Below, one piece after another: positions 21,296 to 30,998 of a stretch of 64,000 nucleotides of DNA. Position 1 is the first letter of the stretch, and each line of letters begins with the position of its first letter. The position numbers and the translations under genes were made by a program. Source of the DNA: Roseivirga sp. (lineage in GTDB: Bacteria > Bacteroidota > Bacteroidia > Cytophagales > Cyclobacteriaceae). The stretch lies in NCBI GenBank assembly GCA_029262895.1, contig JAJCYM010000002.1, positions 40,482 to 104,481 on the forward strand. Direction: 5' to 3'. A model generated the notes under the pieces. The model searched no databases and had not been told where the DNA came from. It saw only the letters and a program-made list of their open reading frames with translations.

Positions 21296-23656
21296 TCAGG
21301 TCTTCGAAATGGCTTCGTCAAGATTGAAAATCGTATTAATCACAAACATATAGGCTGCAGCCTCGGCAGTCACTATTTCCTGCGGATACTGGCCTACGTT
21401 GAGGTAAGCTTTGGTTGTTTCTTCCGAGGCGTTGAAACGTTCAAATTCTGACTTGAAGTAGTCTTCCAAAATCGTCATTTCTTCTCTCGAGGGACTTCTT
21501 CCTAGAATTTTCTCAAACGCAAGGCTAATTCTCTCCTTGTTTTGGTCACTGGCCTTGATGACATGATAGGCCAATGCACGCGATGCTTCTAGCACCTGAG
21601 GGTCGTTCATCATTACCAGTGCCTGTAGAGGAGTGTTGGTTTTCTGACGTTCAACTTCACAAAGATCACGCGAAGCAGCATCAAAGGTGAGCATGGCTGG
21701 TGGAGGCACCGTACGTTTCCAAAAGGTATAAAGGCTTCTTCTATAAAGTGACTGGCCATCGTCCTGTATATATTGAGTGAGCCCCTGGCCTGAGGTGGTC
21801 TCTGCCCAAAGCCCTTCAGGCTGATAGGGCTTCACACTTGGCCCACCTATTTCATCGTTCAGCAAGCCGCTCACCGCAAGAATATTATCCCGTATCATCT
21901 CGAAAGTCATTCGATAGCGTGGACCGCGAGTGAGCCACTTGTTTTCGGGGTCTTTTTCAAGCAGCTCTTCTGTCACTTTTGAGGATTGTTGATAAGTGGC
22001 GGACAAGAGAATTTTTTTCTGTAACTCCTGAACATTCCAGCCAGAATCCATGAATTCTTTGGCCAGGTAATCCAACAGTTCAGGATGAGTTGGCAGACTA
22101 CCCTGATTGCCAAAATCCGAGGGGGAGGAAACAAGGCCTTTTCCAAAGAACGACATCCAAATTCGATTGACGGTCACTCTTGCGGTTAACGGATTGTCTT
22201 CGGAAAAAAGCCATTTGGAAAGCCCTAATCTATCTTTTGAAAGCTGTGTTCCAAAAGTCTTCACTGCTTGTGGAGTCTTGGGGTCAACCTGCTCTCCTGG
22301 GGCATCGTATTGGCCGCGATTAAGTACATGAGTAGGGCGAGTGCGGGTGGAGTCACTCATAACCATTACACTGAGGTCTTCACCTTTGAAGTTGTCCGCA
22401 TTAACAAATTTGAGAATGCCCTGGAGATCCTTGTCTGTAATTTTCAATTTTGGCTCAGGGATTTCCCCATAGTCAATTCTTCCCTTTTCTGGCACGGAAT
22501 TGAAAAAGGCGTAAACGCTGTAATATTCCTTTTGAGATATCGGATCATACTTATGATCATGGCATTTGGCGCATTCCAGTGTAAGGCCCATCAGCGCCTT
22601 TCCAAAGGTATTGGTACGATCCGTGACATATTCAGCGCGGTATTCCTCGGAAATCACGCCTCCTTCTTGAGTGATTTTATGGTTGCGGTTGAACCCTGTT
22701 GCCAATATTTGTTCTTTGGTGGGATTGGGAAGTAAATCTCCGGCAAGCTGCCAGGTGACAAAAGTGTTGTAGGGCATGTTCTCATTGAAGGCCTTGATTA
22801 CCCAATCACGCCAGGGCCACATGATACGTTCCAAATCGTCCTGGTATCCATGACTGTCGGAATAACGTGAAAGATCAAGCCATGCAGTAGCCATGTGTTC
22901 TCCATATGCCGGTGATGCCATTAATTGGTCGATGACCTTCTCAAAGCTCTTTTCCGAATCATCGGCTAAAAAGGATTTTCGTAGTGCATCACTTGGCGGA
23001 AGACCGGTGAGGTCAAAGCTGGCCCTTCGCAATAGGCGTTCTTTGGTGGCTTTGGCAGAAGGAGTGAAGCCCTTTTCAGTCAGCTTAGCTGACACAAAAT
23101 GATCGATTTCATTTGCTGACCAGGATTTATGTTTCGTCTCCGGTACATTAACTTTTTCTACGGGGATAAAAGACCAATGCTTTTTCCATTCCGCACCCTG
23201 ATCAATCCATTTGGCGATTAATTGTTTTTCCCTTTCCGACAGTGCGAGATTTGATTCAGGTGGAGGCATCATCTCATCAAGCTTATCAGAATTAATTCGT
23301 TTGATTACCTCTGAATTTTTGCTGTCATGTGGCATGATACCAAAAACATCTGGTCTGTCTTTTAGGGCCAGAAAGGCATCATCTTCACGGTCAAGCCGAT
23401 AACCCGATTTTCTCTTGTTGGCATCCGGTCCGTGGCAGGTGAAGCAGCGGTCTGAAAAGACAGGCCGAATGTGTAAGTTGAAATCAACTACTTCTGGCAG
23501 CCGATCCATTGTTTCTGTGGATGCTTGACTTTCGTCCAATCGGGATTGGTCAGCCTCCCTTTTCTGACAAGAATTTAAAGCTATAAATACCAAAAAAAAG
23601 ATGGATGCTATTGTCAGATACTTGAAGGTGCGCTTTGAAGAATTAGCCTGATTCAT
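21296..23656 (-). CDS. DUF1549/DUF1553 lipoprotein with planctomycete cytochrome c domain
   Basis: Lipobox LNSC; CFTCH and CAKCH haem motifs; WLDLSRYSDS, NPLTARVTVNRIW, RRSLYTFWKR, NTPLQALVMMN. Confidence 0.88.
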   Translation of the reverse strand: MNQANSSKRTFKYLTIASIFFLVFIALNSCQKREADQSRLDESQASTETMDRLPEVVDFNLHIRPVFSDRCFTCHGPDANKRKSGYRLDREDDAFLALKDRPDVFGIMPHDSKNSEVIKRINSDKLDEMMPPPESNLALSEREKQLIAKWIDQGAEWKKHWSFIPVEKVNVPETKHKSWSANEIDHFVSAKLTEKGFTPSAKATKERLLRRASFDLTGLPPSDALRKSFLADDSEKSFEKVIDQLMASPAYGEHMATAWLDLSRYSDSHGYQDDLERIMWPWRDWVIKAFNENMPYNTFVTWQLAGDLLPNPTKEQILATGFNRNHKITQEGGVISEEYRAEYVTDRTNTFGKALMGLTLECAKCHDHKYDPISQKEYYSVYAFFNSVPEKGRIDYGEIPEPKLKITDKDLQGILKFVNADNFKGEDLSVMVMSDSTRTRPTHVLNRGQYDAPGEQVDPKTPQAVKTFGTQLSKDRLGLSKWLFSEDNPLTARVTVNRIWMSFFGKGLVSSPSDFGNQGSLPTHPELLDYLAKEFMDSGWNVQELQKKILLSATYQQSSKVTEELLEKDPENKWLTRGPRYRMTFEMIRDNILAVSGLLNDEIGGPSVKPYQPEGLWAETTSGQGLTQYIQDDGQSLYRRSLYTFWKRTVPPPAMLTFDAASRDLCEVERQKTNTPLQALVMMNDPQVLEASRALAYHVIKASDQNKERISLAFEKILGRSPSREEMTILEDYFKSEFERFNASEETTKAYLNVGQYPQEIVTAEAAAYMFVINTIFNLDEAISKT

Positions 23657-23963
23657 ATCTCATGGTTAAAATAGACATTAGTGAGTTCCGAATCAATAAA
23701 GGAGCGTTTAATTGGGACAAAGGTTGACTTACCAGCACGCTGAATAAAGGCCTTGAAAATTTGAACTATTGTTTTGTGAAGAGTACAGAGAGAGTTCTTA
23801 ATTGAGTGAATTTGGGCAGAGGAGAAAACCTATGTGTTTAAGAGGAATGAATAAAAATGTCAAAGTATTGAATTCTAAGAAGTATAACATTTTGAATAGA
23901 AATGAGTATGATTATGATGTCTAATATAAACAAGAGTCCTGTCTCAAAAATCAAAGTCAAAAC

Positions 23964-26048
23964 ATGAAATATCAATCTGCTATTCGCAAGCAACTTCTCA
24001 TAGCCTTGCTATCATTTTTCACCTTTCAAGTAATTGCTCAACGAAAATTGACATTGTCCAAAGGTGTTGAAGACATTTCCATTTCACCCGGTGGTGATCA
24101 AATTGCAGCTTCTATTTTCGGGAAAATCTGGCTCATTCCCTTGGAAGGAGGCTCTGCGAAACAATTGACTTTTGGCTTTGGCTGGGATTCGTTTCCTGCC
24201 TGGTCTGAAGATGGCCTATTTCTGGCCTATTCGCACCAGAGTCCTCAGGGTTCGAGTCTCTTGGTTTACAATACGCAAACTGGAAATATTCGTGACGTGT
24301 ATAGTGCCCAAACTCATTTCATAGGACAGATTCAATTTCATTCTGGTAAAAAGAAGATTTTCTTTTTAGGAGATGCCGGGCAATATACCTCTCATTTATG
24401 GTCCGTTCCTATTCAAGGGGGCACTGCTACTCAGCACACCTTTGGCAAAAGCCGACATGAATGGTCTTTTGCGTTATCAAAGAGTGGGGATGAAGTGCTG
24501 TTGCCACAAGGGAAATATGGCGTTTCCGACCTCTATATGAAGTCGATAGAGAAAGATTCTGTGGTACGGCTGACGAGAACGGAGCTTATTGATGAGCGTG
24601 ACGTAGCCTGGAATCAAACCAATGACACCTATGTCTTTGTTGAGCGAGAGAATGGGGTTGACCATATCTCGATAAGGGAGGCTAACGGCTCGTCTAAGAG
24701 AATAAGTTCGAGTCCTTATAGCAAGAAAAAGATATCAATTCACCCTAATGGGAAGTTTGCTGTGCTGCTTGATCAACGTCAGTTATTTAGGCTTGACTTA
24801 ACCACCGGAAAACGTAGCCCAATATCCTTCAAGGTCGAATTCAATTTGCCTGAAAGAGCAAAACCAGAGTTGGTCGTTAGGAATGTCAACGTATTCGATG
24901 CTGTTGGAGAGACCCTTCAGAAAGATATGATGGTCGAGATTCGTGGAGGCCGAATTAGTGCTATACTGAAGGACTCAGATGTTGATTTTAAGGGATTGAA
25001 GGTTATAGATGGACAAGGGAAAACATTGATCCCTGGTTTAATGGACAATCATTTTCACTTCTGGCACTACATGACTTTTTGGGGTAACAGTTTCATCCTT
25101 CCCAAAGGGGTGACTTCTATTCGTGATGTGGGTGCAGAGATTTCACAGAGCATGAACCTGAAGGAGGCAATGGCTCATGGCATACTTGATGGCCCCACCA
25201 TTTATACCACCGGACCTTTAATTGATGGAGAGCAAGGCTATCATCCTATGGTGGATGTTCCCATGACCGACCCGAATGCAGTGGAGCCTCTGGTGAAATC
25301 ATTGAAAGCGCAAGGTGCCGATGCATTGAAGGCCTATTTCATGCTTGATTCTGCCATGATGAAACCCCTGGCTGATGCTGCACGAAAGCACAACTTACCG
25401 CTCACCGGGCATATAGGTGTTAAAATTGGCTGGAGAGCAGCGGCTGAGGCAGGCATCAACGGATTTAGTCACATTCGAATATGGCGGGATATGCTGCCTT
25501 TGGAGGATCAACCAAACGGTAATGATGAAAGCCTGGAAAGTGGGGTTTACCCTGTACAGCGTATGCAGGCTGATTGGAGTAAAATTGATATGAGCGATCC
25601 AAAAATCGCAAGTTTACTGGATTTCCTGGCTGAAAATAATGTCGCCATGGACCCAACTGTAGGTATCCAACAGGTGGGTAATAATGTCAAGGAAAACACA
25701 GATTTTGAACAGTATTATGATGCAAAGCTGAGTTTTGAAAAAGCGAAGCAATTTGTGAAAATGGCTTATGACAGAGGGGTGTTGATATTGGCAGGAACAG
25801 ATAGTGGAAATCTGCATTCAGAAATGCAGCACTATTCAGATGCCGGAATCCCAAATCACGCAGTGATCAAATCAGCCACAATCAATGGTGCTAAATGGTT
25901 GGGTAGAGAAAATGAATTTGGTACGATCGAAGTAGGGAAAAGAGCGGATTTAGTCTTGATCGATGGCAATCCACTTGAAAACATGAAAGACATTGAAAAG
26001 GTCTCCCTTGTGATCAAAGAGGGTAGAATTGTTTTCAAGCTCGATTAA
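23964..26048 (+). CDS. Secreted amidohydrolase with N-terminal TolB-like (PD40) propeller
   Basis: Signal peptide; PAWSEDG repeats; IPGLMDNHFH metal motif; GTDSG; GKRADLVLIDGNP. Confidence 0.85.
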   Translation: MKYQSAIRKQLLIALLSFFTFQVIAQRKLTLSKGVEDISISPGGDQIAASIFGKIWLIPLEGGSAKQLTFGFGWDSFPAWSEDGLFLAYSHQSPQGSSLLVYNTQTGNIRDVYSAQTHFIGQIQFHSGKKKIFFLGDAGQYTSHLWSVPIQGGTATQHTFGKSRHEWSFALSKSGDEVLLPQGKYGVSDLYMKSIEKDSVVRLTRTELIDERDVAWNQTNDTYVFVERENGVDHISIREANGSSKRISSSPYSKKKISIHPNGKFAVLLDQRQLFRLDLTTGKRSPISFKVEFNLPERAKPELVVRNVNVFDAVGETLQKDMMVEIRGGRISAILKDSDVDFKGLKVIDGQGKTLIPGLMDNHFHFWHYMTFWGNSFILPKGVTSIRDVGAEISQSMNLKEAMAHGILDGPTIYTTGPLIDGEQGYHPMVDVPMTDPNAVEPLVKSLKAQGADALKAYFMLDSAMMKPLADAARKHNLPLTGHIGVKIGWRAAAEAGINGFSHIRIWRDMLPLEDQPNGNDESLESGVYPVQRMQADWSKIDMSDPKIASLLDFLAENNVAMDPTVGIQQVGNNVKENTDFEQYYDAKLSFEKAKQFVKMAYDRGVLILAGTDSGNLHSEMQHYSDAGIPNHAVIKSATINGAKWLGRENEFGTIEVGKRADLVLIDGNPLENMKDIEKVSLVIKEGRIVFKLD

Positions 26049-26147
26049 CCGGATTAAACCCGGATTCTAAGACATTGACAAAGTAACGTATGGTTGCTAA
26101 CTTCAAGTGGTAGCAACGAAGCCTATGAATTTTGCTGCCCTACCCCT

Positions 26148-26254
26148 AAGAGTCACTCACAGAGGACTCTGAGGAAAATCACCAGAAATTCCTCAGAGTT
26201 TCCTGCGGATAACTCAGAGGGGTTTGGCAGAGTTTGCTACAGATAGCTCTGAGG
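26148..26254. repeat. Three tandem degenerate TCAGAGTY-N10-RACTCTGA palindromes
   Basis: Units at 26149, 26193 and 26228; same family at 51128, 57119 and 57275. Confidence 0.6.
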
Positions 26255-26269
26255 GGTTGGAGGTGAATA

Positions 26270-26475
26270 AAACCCGGCTTCTACCTCAAGTTAGATGGAA
26301 TAATGCAATAGATTTTCTGTTACGGACGTAACCTGCCTACCGACAAGGCAGGCTCAATCGAATCAGCCGCTTCGTTTGTCTTTTCACCTTAGCGGTGCTA
26401 TGCTGTCAAAGCCAAACATCCTGATTCATTGCGATTTACGCCCTCACTACGCTCTCTATTGCATAAATCGAGTTA
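26270..26475 (-). repeat. MITE-like element, filled copy 2, with nested REP-like hairpin at 26331-26353
   Basis: Reverse complement aligns along the whole of 4141-4308, with an extra GCCTGCCTTGTCGGTAGGCAGG insert. Confidence 0.8.
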
Positions 26476-26485
26476 AAGATTAAAT

Positions 26486-27565
26486 CTATTTATCCAGATT
26501 CTGAACAACAAAATTTGTGAAAGACCTTAAGGTTCTGCCATAGCCCTGGGGACCTGTCACATTGGTGAGGGCAATTACCACCAGATCAATCTCGGGATAC
26601 CTTGTGTTCAAGGCATTAAAACCAGGAACACTGCCACTGTGGGCTATTCTTGATTTGCCGAGATGTGTATTAATAGACCAGCCGTAACCATAATTATTTT
26701 TCTCTGGTGTGTAGATTAATGTATAAGATTCATAAGAAATTAACTTTCCATCCCTCAAGGCATTGTCCCATTTGAGCAAGTCTTCAGTGGTAGAGTAAAT
26801 ATCACCACCGCCACGTAAAAGCGGCATATAAAAATATGGAACCTCTTGAATTCTATTGTTGATTTTGGCATAGCCTTTAGCCAAGCCAGCAAGCTGAGCA
26901 TTGTCCTTACCTGCACCGGAATTCGTCATGCCTAGTTTGTTAAATATTTCATTTTGGATGAAATCTGTCCAGGGCTGGCCCGATTTAATTTCAATTACTT
27001 TGGCAAGCAGGAAGTATCCCAAACCGCTGTAATGGAATTTTTCTTCCGGCCTCGCTTGGAGAGGTTTGTTTTTGAAATAACTCAATACCTGATCGAGTGT
27101 TTTCGGAGAATCTCCTTTTTCTAAAAGATCAGGTAGTTGCCATGCGTGCATCAGACCGGAAGTGTGGGTCAAGAGCTGATGGATTGTGATTGGCTTCCAT
27201 ATTTCAGGAATGTCATCCATAACCTTTGACAAGGGGTCACTCAAATTAATCAGGCCACGTTCCTTCAATATCATAATTCCCATGGACGTAAACTGTTTGG
27301 TAATCGACCCAATTTGGAATTTTGTTGTTGTGGTATTTTGGATGTTATTTTCGCTGTCTGCCATGCCATAGGCTTTGGAAAAAATGACCTTGTTATGTTG
27401 CGCCACCAGCACTACAATCCCATCACTGTTTATGCTGTCTAAATAGTTTTCCAGCTTTTGTGAATCCAGCTGATACGCCTGACTATGTGAGGTTATTAAT
27501 AATAGTATGATGCAGCTGAGTGCACGGGTCTGAGATTTTAGAAATTGTGACATAGCATTTCGCAA
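26486..27565 (-). CDS. Secreted serine hydrolase (beta-lactamase family)
   Basis: SxxK (SITK), LLTHTSG, FHYSG, HSG motifs; signal peptide. Confidence 0.88.
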   Translation of the reverse strand: MRNAMSQFLKSQTRALSCIILLLITSHSQAYQLDSQKLENYLDSINSDGIVVLVAQHNKVIFSKAYGMADSENNIQNTTTTKFQIGSITKQFTSMGIMILKERGLINLSDPLSKVMDDIPEIWKPITIHQLLTHTSGLMHAWQLPDLLEKGDSPKTLDQVLSYFKNKPLQARPEEKFHYSGLGYFLLAKVIEIKSGQPWTDFIQNEIFNKLGMTNSGAGKDNAQLAGLAKGYAKINNRIQEVPYFYMPLLRGGGDIYSTTEDLLKWDNALRDGKLISYESYTLIYTPEKNNYGYGWSINTHLGKSRIAHSGSVPGFNALNTRYPEIDLVVIALTNVTGPQGYGRTLRSFTNFVVQNLDK

Positions 27566-27629
27566 AGTGGTTTTGGACTTTAGTCAGCCAATTAAATCTG
27601 ACTAAAGCCTAAACAAGTTACTGATTATA

Positions 27630-28538
27630 TCAAACCTTGGCGGCCATGGCTTGATCGGCCAGTTCTTTCTCCAATAATTCTTCCGGAGTCCTTTTCCTTT
27701 TCCACCTTTTATGCGTCCAAAGCCAGTACTGTGGGTCCTCGAGGATTTGGGTTTCCAGTCTTTTGGTATGAACCTTTGTGATTTCGCCATATGGAGCTTC
27801 TAAGGGCTTATCAAATAGCACCTCGAATTCAAATTCATAATGGCCACGTTTCACTTTTGTCATGCCTCCGTAGATGACTGGATAGTCTTTTTCCTTGGCG
27901 AACTTCTCTACTCCGAACATTACAGGAGTATCTTGATTTAGAAATTCAGTCCAATAGACTTTTTTGGCAATACTTGGAGACTGGTCCGCTCCAAAAAGCG
28001 TGGCAGTAAGCTCCTTGGTCTCGGCAAAGAAAGCCTTTACTTCATGGCGAGGGATCAACCTAAGCCCATATTTCCCTCTTGATTTTAAGACTTTTCCATT
28101 AACGAACTTATTAGCCAGTTTGCTATAGATAGCCACACTTTGATGCTCGATGTAATGATCGATTCCTACAGCCAACATCTCCCAATTATTATAATGTCCA
28201 CCTACAATAATGACACTTTGGTTGGCATCAGCGTAGGGCTTCAGAACTTCCGGATTAAGCACTTTGAATCTTTCCAGTACCTCCTTCTCGGTTATGCTGA
28301 AAATCTTAAAACTTTCGAATAAAAAGTCAGTAAAGTGCTTATAGAAGTTTTTGCGGATGTTCTTTATTTCATCCATGGACTTGTGAGGCAACGAATTCAC
28401 AAGGTTTTTGGTAACCACTTTTTTGCGATAGCCCAGTACTCTGTATATAATGAAGTAGGCAATATCTGAGACCATGTAAAGCACGTTGAACGGCAACAGG
28501 GAGATAGGCTTCACAAAGAGGTAGTAAAAAATGGCCAT
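27630..28538 (-). CDS. Lipid A biosynthesis acyltransferase (LpxL/HtrB family)
   Basis: GHYNNWE catalytic motif, ADQ, PQYWLWTHKRWK. Confidence 0.88.
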   Translation of the reverse strand: MAIFYYLFVKPISLLPFNVLYMVSDIAYFIIYRVLGYRKKVVTKNLVNSLPHKSMDEIKNIRKNFYKHFTDFLFESFKIFSITEKEVLERFKVLNPEVLKPYADANQSVIIVGGHYNNWEMLAVGIDHYIEHQSVAIYSKLANKFVNGKVLKSRGKYGLRLIPRHEVKAFFAETKELTATLFGADQSPSIAKKVYWTEFLNQDTPVMFGVEKFAKEKDYPVIYGGMTKVKRGHYEFEFEVLFDKPLEAPYGEITKVHTKRLETQILEDPQYWLWTHKRWKRKRTPEELLEKELADQAMAAKV

Positions 28539-28587
28539 GATGGTACGAACAAACCGCGAAGATAACGTGAGTTCTCGATAAGAAAGC

Positions 28588-28720
28588 CGTCATACCGGAA
28601 AAATAGTCCATAAATTTCCTTTTGGACTATTTTATCCGGTATCTCAAAGTTTCAAATCGGTGAGATTCCGGGTATTTTTCTCCAAGAGGAAAATTTTGGA
28701 AGAAAAATCCCGGAATGACG
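28588..28720. repeat. Inverted pair of CGTC-tagged palindromes (REP-like dimer)
   Basis: CGTC-ATACCGGA...TCCGGTAT-CT followed by AG-ATTCCGGG...CCCGGAAT-GACG. Confidence 0.65.
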
Positions 28721-28784
28721 TTCTAATGGGCTTGATCGGGTTTTTGGAAATTCTTTAAAGATGAAGACATGTGGGTTAGAACTT

Positions 28785-30194
28785 TTAGTCAAAATATTGA
28801 CTAATGGTTATATCACTAGGTTTCTTTGTGAAAGCACTAATAACGAAGTAGAGAATCAGGGCCACAACAAAGCCCGGCAGTACCGGATCGATATCTGAAT
28901 CCCCAAAACCTTTCCAAAGCATGGTGGTAGAAACCCCACCAATCATGGAGGCTATTGCACCTTCTTTGGTGGCTCTTTTCCACCAAACCCCGATAACTAC
29001 CGGAACAAAGAAGCCCGCGGCCATCAATGCAGAGAATAGCACCACGATAAATTGAATCAGTTCCCCCTTGCCAATGCCAGAGATGATTAGAAACAATGGT
29101 ACAAGACCCACAATGAAAATACCGAGTCGCGCCACTTTCAGGCGTTGCTTTCGGGAGGCATTTGGCTTGAAAATGGACTGATAGATATCTTCTGACAAAG
29201 CTGATCCGGCCACAAGCAGTAATGAGTCTACCGTAGACATCATTGCAGACGTAATGGCTGCCAACATGAGCGTACCAATAAATGTAGGAAGCACTGCTTT
29301 GGCGATTATCGGCATGGCCAAATCACCGGAGGGCAGTGTTGGGAACAGCACCATGCCTGAAAGTCCTAAAATAAAGACGAGGAGGTTGATAATGGTGACC
29401 ACCAGAATGGTTAACAAGATAGCCTTCCTAACGGTCTTCATATCTTTCATTGCATAAAGCCGTGTTAGCTTTTCTGGAGTAGAAACAGAGCCAAGGAAAA
29501 AGGCCAGGCCTAAGGTAAACAGCAGTGTTGCTGACATGCCATCCCAGGTAAAGGCAATGGGTTTGATGGCTTCAACATATTCAAGCAAATTGCCAAGACT
29601 GTCAAATTGTCGAATAGCGAGGGGTACGGAAACGAGTGCTCCAATGCACATAATGATTAGCTGGAGAAAGTCCGTGTAAACCACAGCTATCATGCCTCCC
29701 ACTACTGTGTAGATAAGGAGAATGGCCGTGAAAATAACCATGCCGGTCATGGCTGGAATACCAAAAACGATATTGGCCACCAGTCCCCCAGCAATAATTT
29801 GTGCCTGAATGTAAACCACGGTGGCAACAAGAATGATGACAGCGGCTATTGCTCTGGCAGTTTTACTTTCATAACGGGATTCAATAAAAGCAGGTAGCGT
29901 AAGTTGTTTGACCTTGGTAAACCTTTGCGCTAAAACGGCCACCATAAACCAATAGGCCAAAGGAATGGAAAGCACTACCCAGCCAAAGGACCAGCCCACT
30001 GTATAAATCACCCCAATAGTGCCTATAAAAGTGCCCGCACTAGTGTGGGTGGCTGCCATGGTGGAGCCACCAATAATCCAGCCCAATTTTCCGCCTGCAA
30101 TCCAATAATCGCTTTCGTTTTTGGTACGCCTCATGCTGTACCAGCCAATGGCGAAGATGACGAGGAAGTATAATATGAAAATGGCGAGCTGCAT
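28785..30194 (-). CDS. Sodium:solute symporter (SSS/PutP family)
   Basis: About 13 TM helices; YWIAGGKLG, GGMIAVVYTDFLQ, SAMMSTVDSLLL motifs. Confidence 0.9.
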   Translation of the reverse strand: MQLAIFILYFLVIFAIGWYSMRRTKNESDYWIAGGKLGWIIGGSTMAATHTSAGTFIGTIGVIYTVGWSFGWVVLSIPLAYWFMVAVLAQRFTKVKQLTLPAFIESRYESKTARAIAAVIILVATVVYIQAQIIAGGLVANIVFGIPAMTGMVIFTAILLIYTVVGGMIAVVYTDFLQLIIMCIGALVSVPLAIRQFDSLGNLLEYVEAIKPIAFTWDGMSATLLFTLGLAFFLGSVSTPEKLTRLYAMKDMKTVRKAILLTILVVTIINLLVFILGLSGMVLFPTLPSGDLAMPIIAKAVLPTFIGTLMLAAITSAMMSTVDSLLLVAGSALSEDIYQSIFKPNASRKQRLKVARLGIFIVGLVPLFLIISGIGKGELIQFIVVLFSALMAAGFFVPVVIGVWWKRATKEGAIASMIGGVSTTMLWKGFGDSDIDPVLPGFVVALILYFVISAFTKKPSDITISQYFD

Positions 30195-30198
30195 CAGA

Positions 30199-30312
30199 CT
30201 AGTCTTCCTTTTCCTTTCTTTCTACATGGCGCATCCAGGCAATATAGCCCACTACGATACCGCCAAAAACAGCAAACAAGCCCCAGAAAACAAAACCTAC
30301 AGCCAGGATCAT
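30199..30312 (-). CDS. 37-aa single-TM protein (not in ORF track), probable SSS accessory subunit
   Basis: ATG at 30312 overlaps the upstream TGA (ATGA); MILAVGFVFWGLFAVFGGIVVGYIAWMRHVERKEKED; stop 4 nt before the symporter start. Confidence 0.7.
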   Translation of the reverse strand: MILAVGFVFWGLFAVFGGIVVGYIAWMRHVERKEKED

Positions 30313-30998
30313 ACCTCTTTAATTTTTTTCCAACCCAACCCCATAAGGACTATGAGTACCAAAATAACGACAGCGTCTATCAGGCCAAGTGTGCTCAAGA
30401 ATGGCTTGGGACTACTACCTCCCCTTACTTTAATCATTGATGGGAGTGCCTGTAATGTCATTGAATGAATAATGTTGAACCCAGTGGTTTGTGACTCCCA
30501 GGCCGAAGTAGGAAAAAGCTCATAAATAGAATAAGCCTCAGGCGTGGATAGGGTCCCTTTGAAAAACTCCTGATCCGAATTCAGTGCAGACAGGTCTGGA
30601 TAAACGACCGGAATAGTTAAGTCGAAGCGATCTTCAGAGGTAATGGGCACTTGGTAGTTTAGAATAAGCTTTGAATTACCTTTTGCCGAAAAGCTTTCTT
30701 GCTCCAACAATTTCACCGTAGTCATTTTTCCATTAGGCATGAAAGAGCTCTTAATCATGACTCCATCTACCAAGGCCTGAAAATCGCTTATGGGGACTGC
30801 ATCAAAATTCAAGAATTTGAGTTGAAGATCGCTGCTTTCAGAAAGGCTCAAGTCATAGGTGATTTGAATTTCTGCCGAAGCCGCTTCTAATTTGATATTC
30901 ATCAAAACACCTTTAATCCCATCGGACGTTTCCTGAGCATAAAGCGTTAAAGAACTGATTAATAATATGGCTGAAAGGATAGGTCGCATTAAGCCCAA
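30309..30998 (-). CDS. Hypothetical exported protein with C-terminal membrane anchor
   Basis: Signal peptide, beta-rich body, terminal TM helix plus KKIK; overlaps both neighbours. Confidence 0.7.
   Translation of the reverse strand: MGLMRPILSAILLISSLTLYAQETSDGIKGVLMNIKLEAASAEIQITYDLSLSESSDLQLKFLNFDAVPISDFQALVDGVMIKSSFMPNGKMTTVKLLEQESFSAKGNSKLILNYQVPITSEDRFDLTIPVVYPDLSALNSDQEFFKGTLSTPEAYSIYELFPTSAWESQTTGFNIIHSMTLQALPSMIKVRGGSSPKPFLSTLGLIDAVVILVLIVLMGLGWKKIKEV

Noticed and set aside
26148-26254. CRISPR array (also considered for 39955-40017)
   Set aside because: Only 2-3 degenerate units, irregular or no spacers, and no cas genes.
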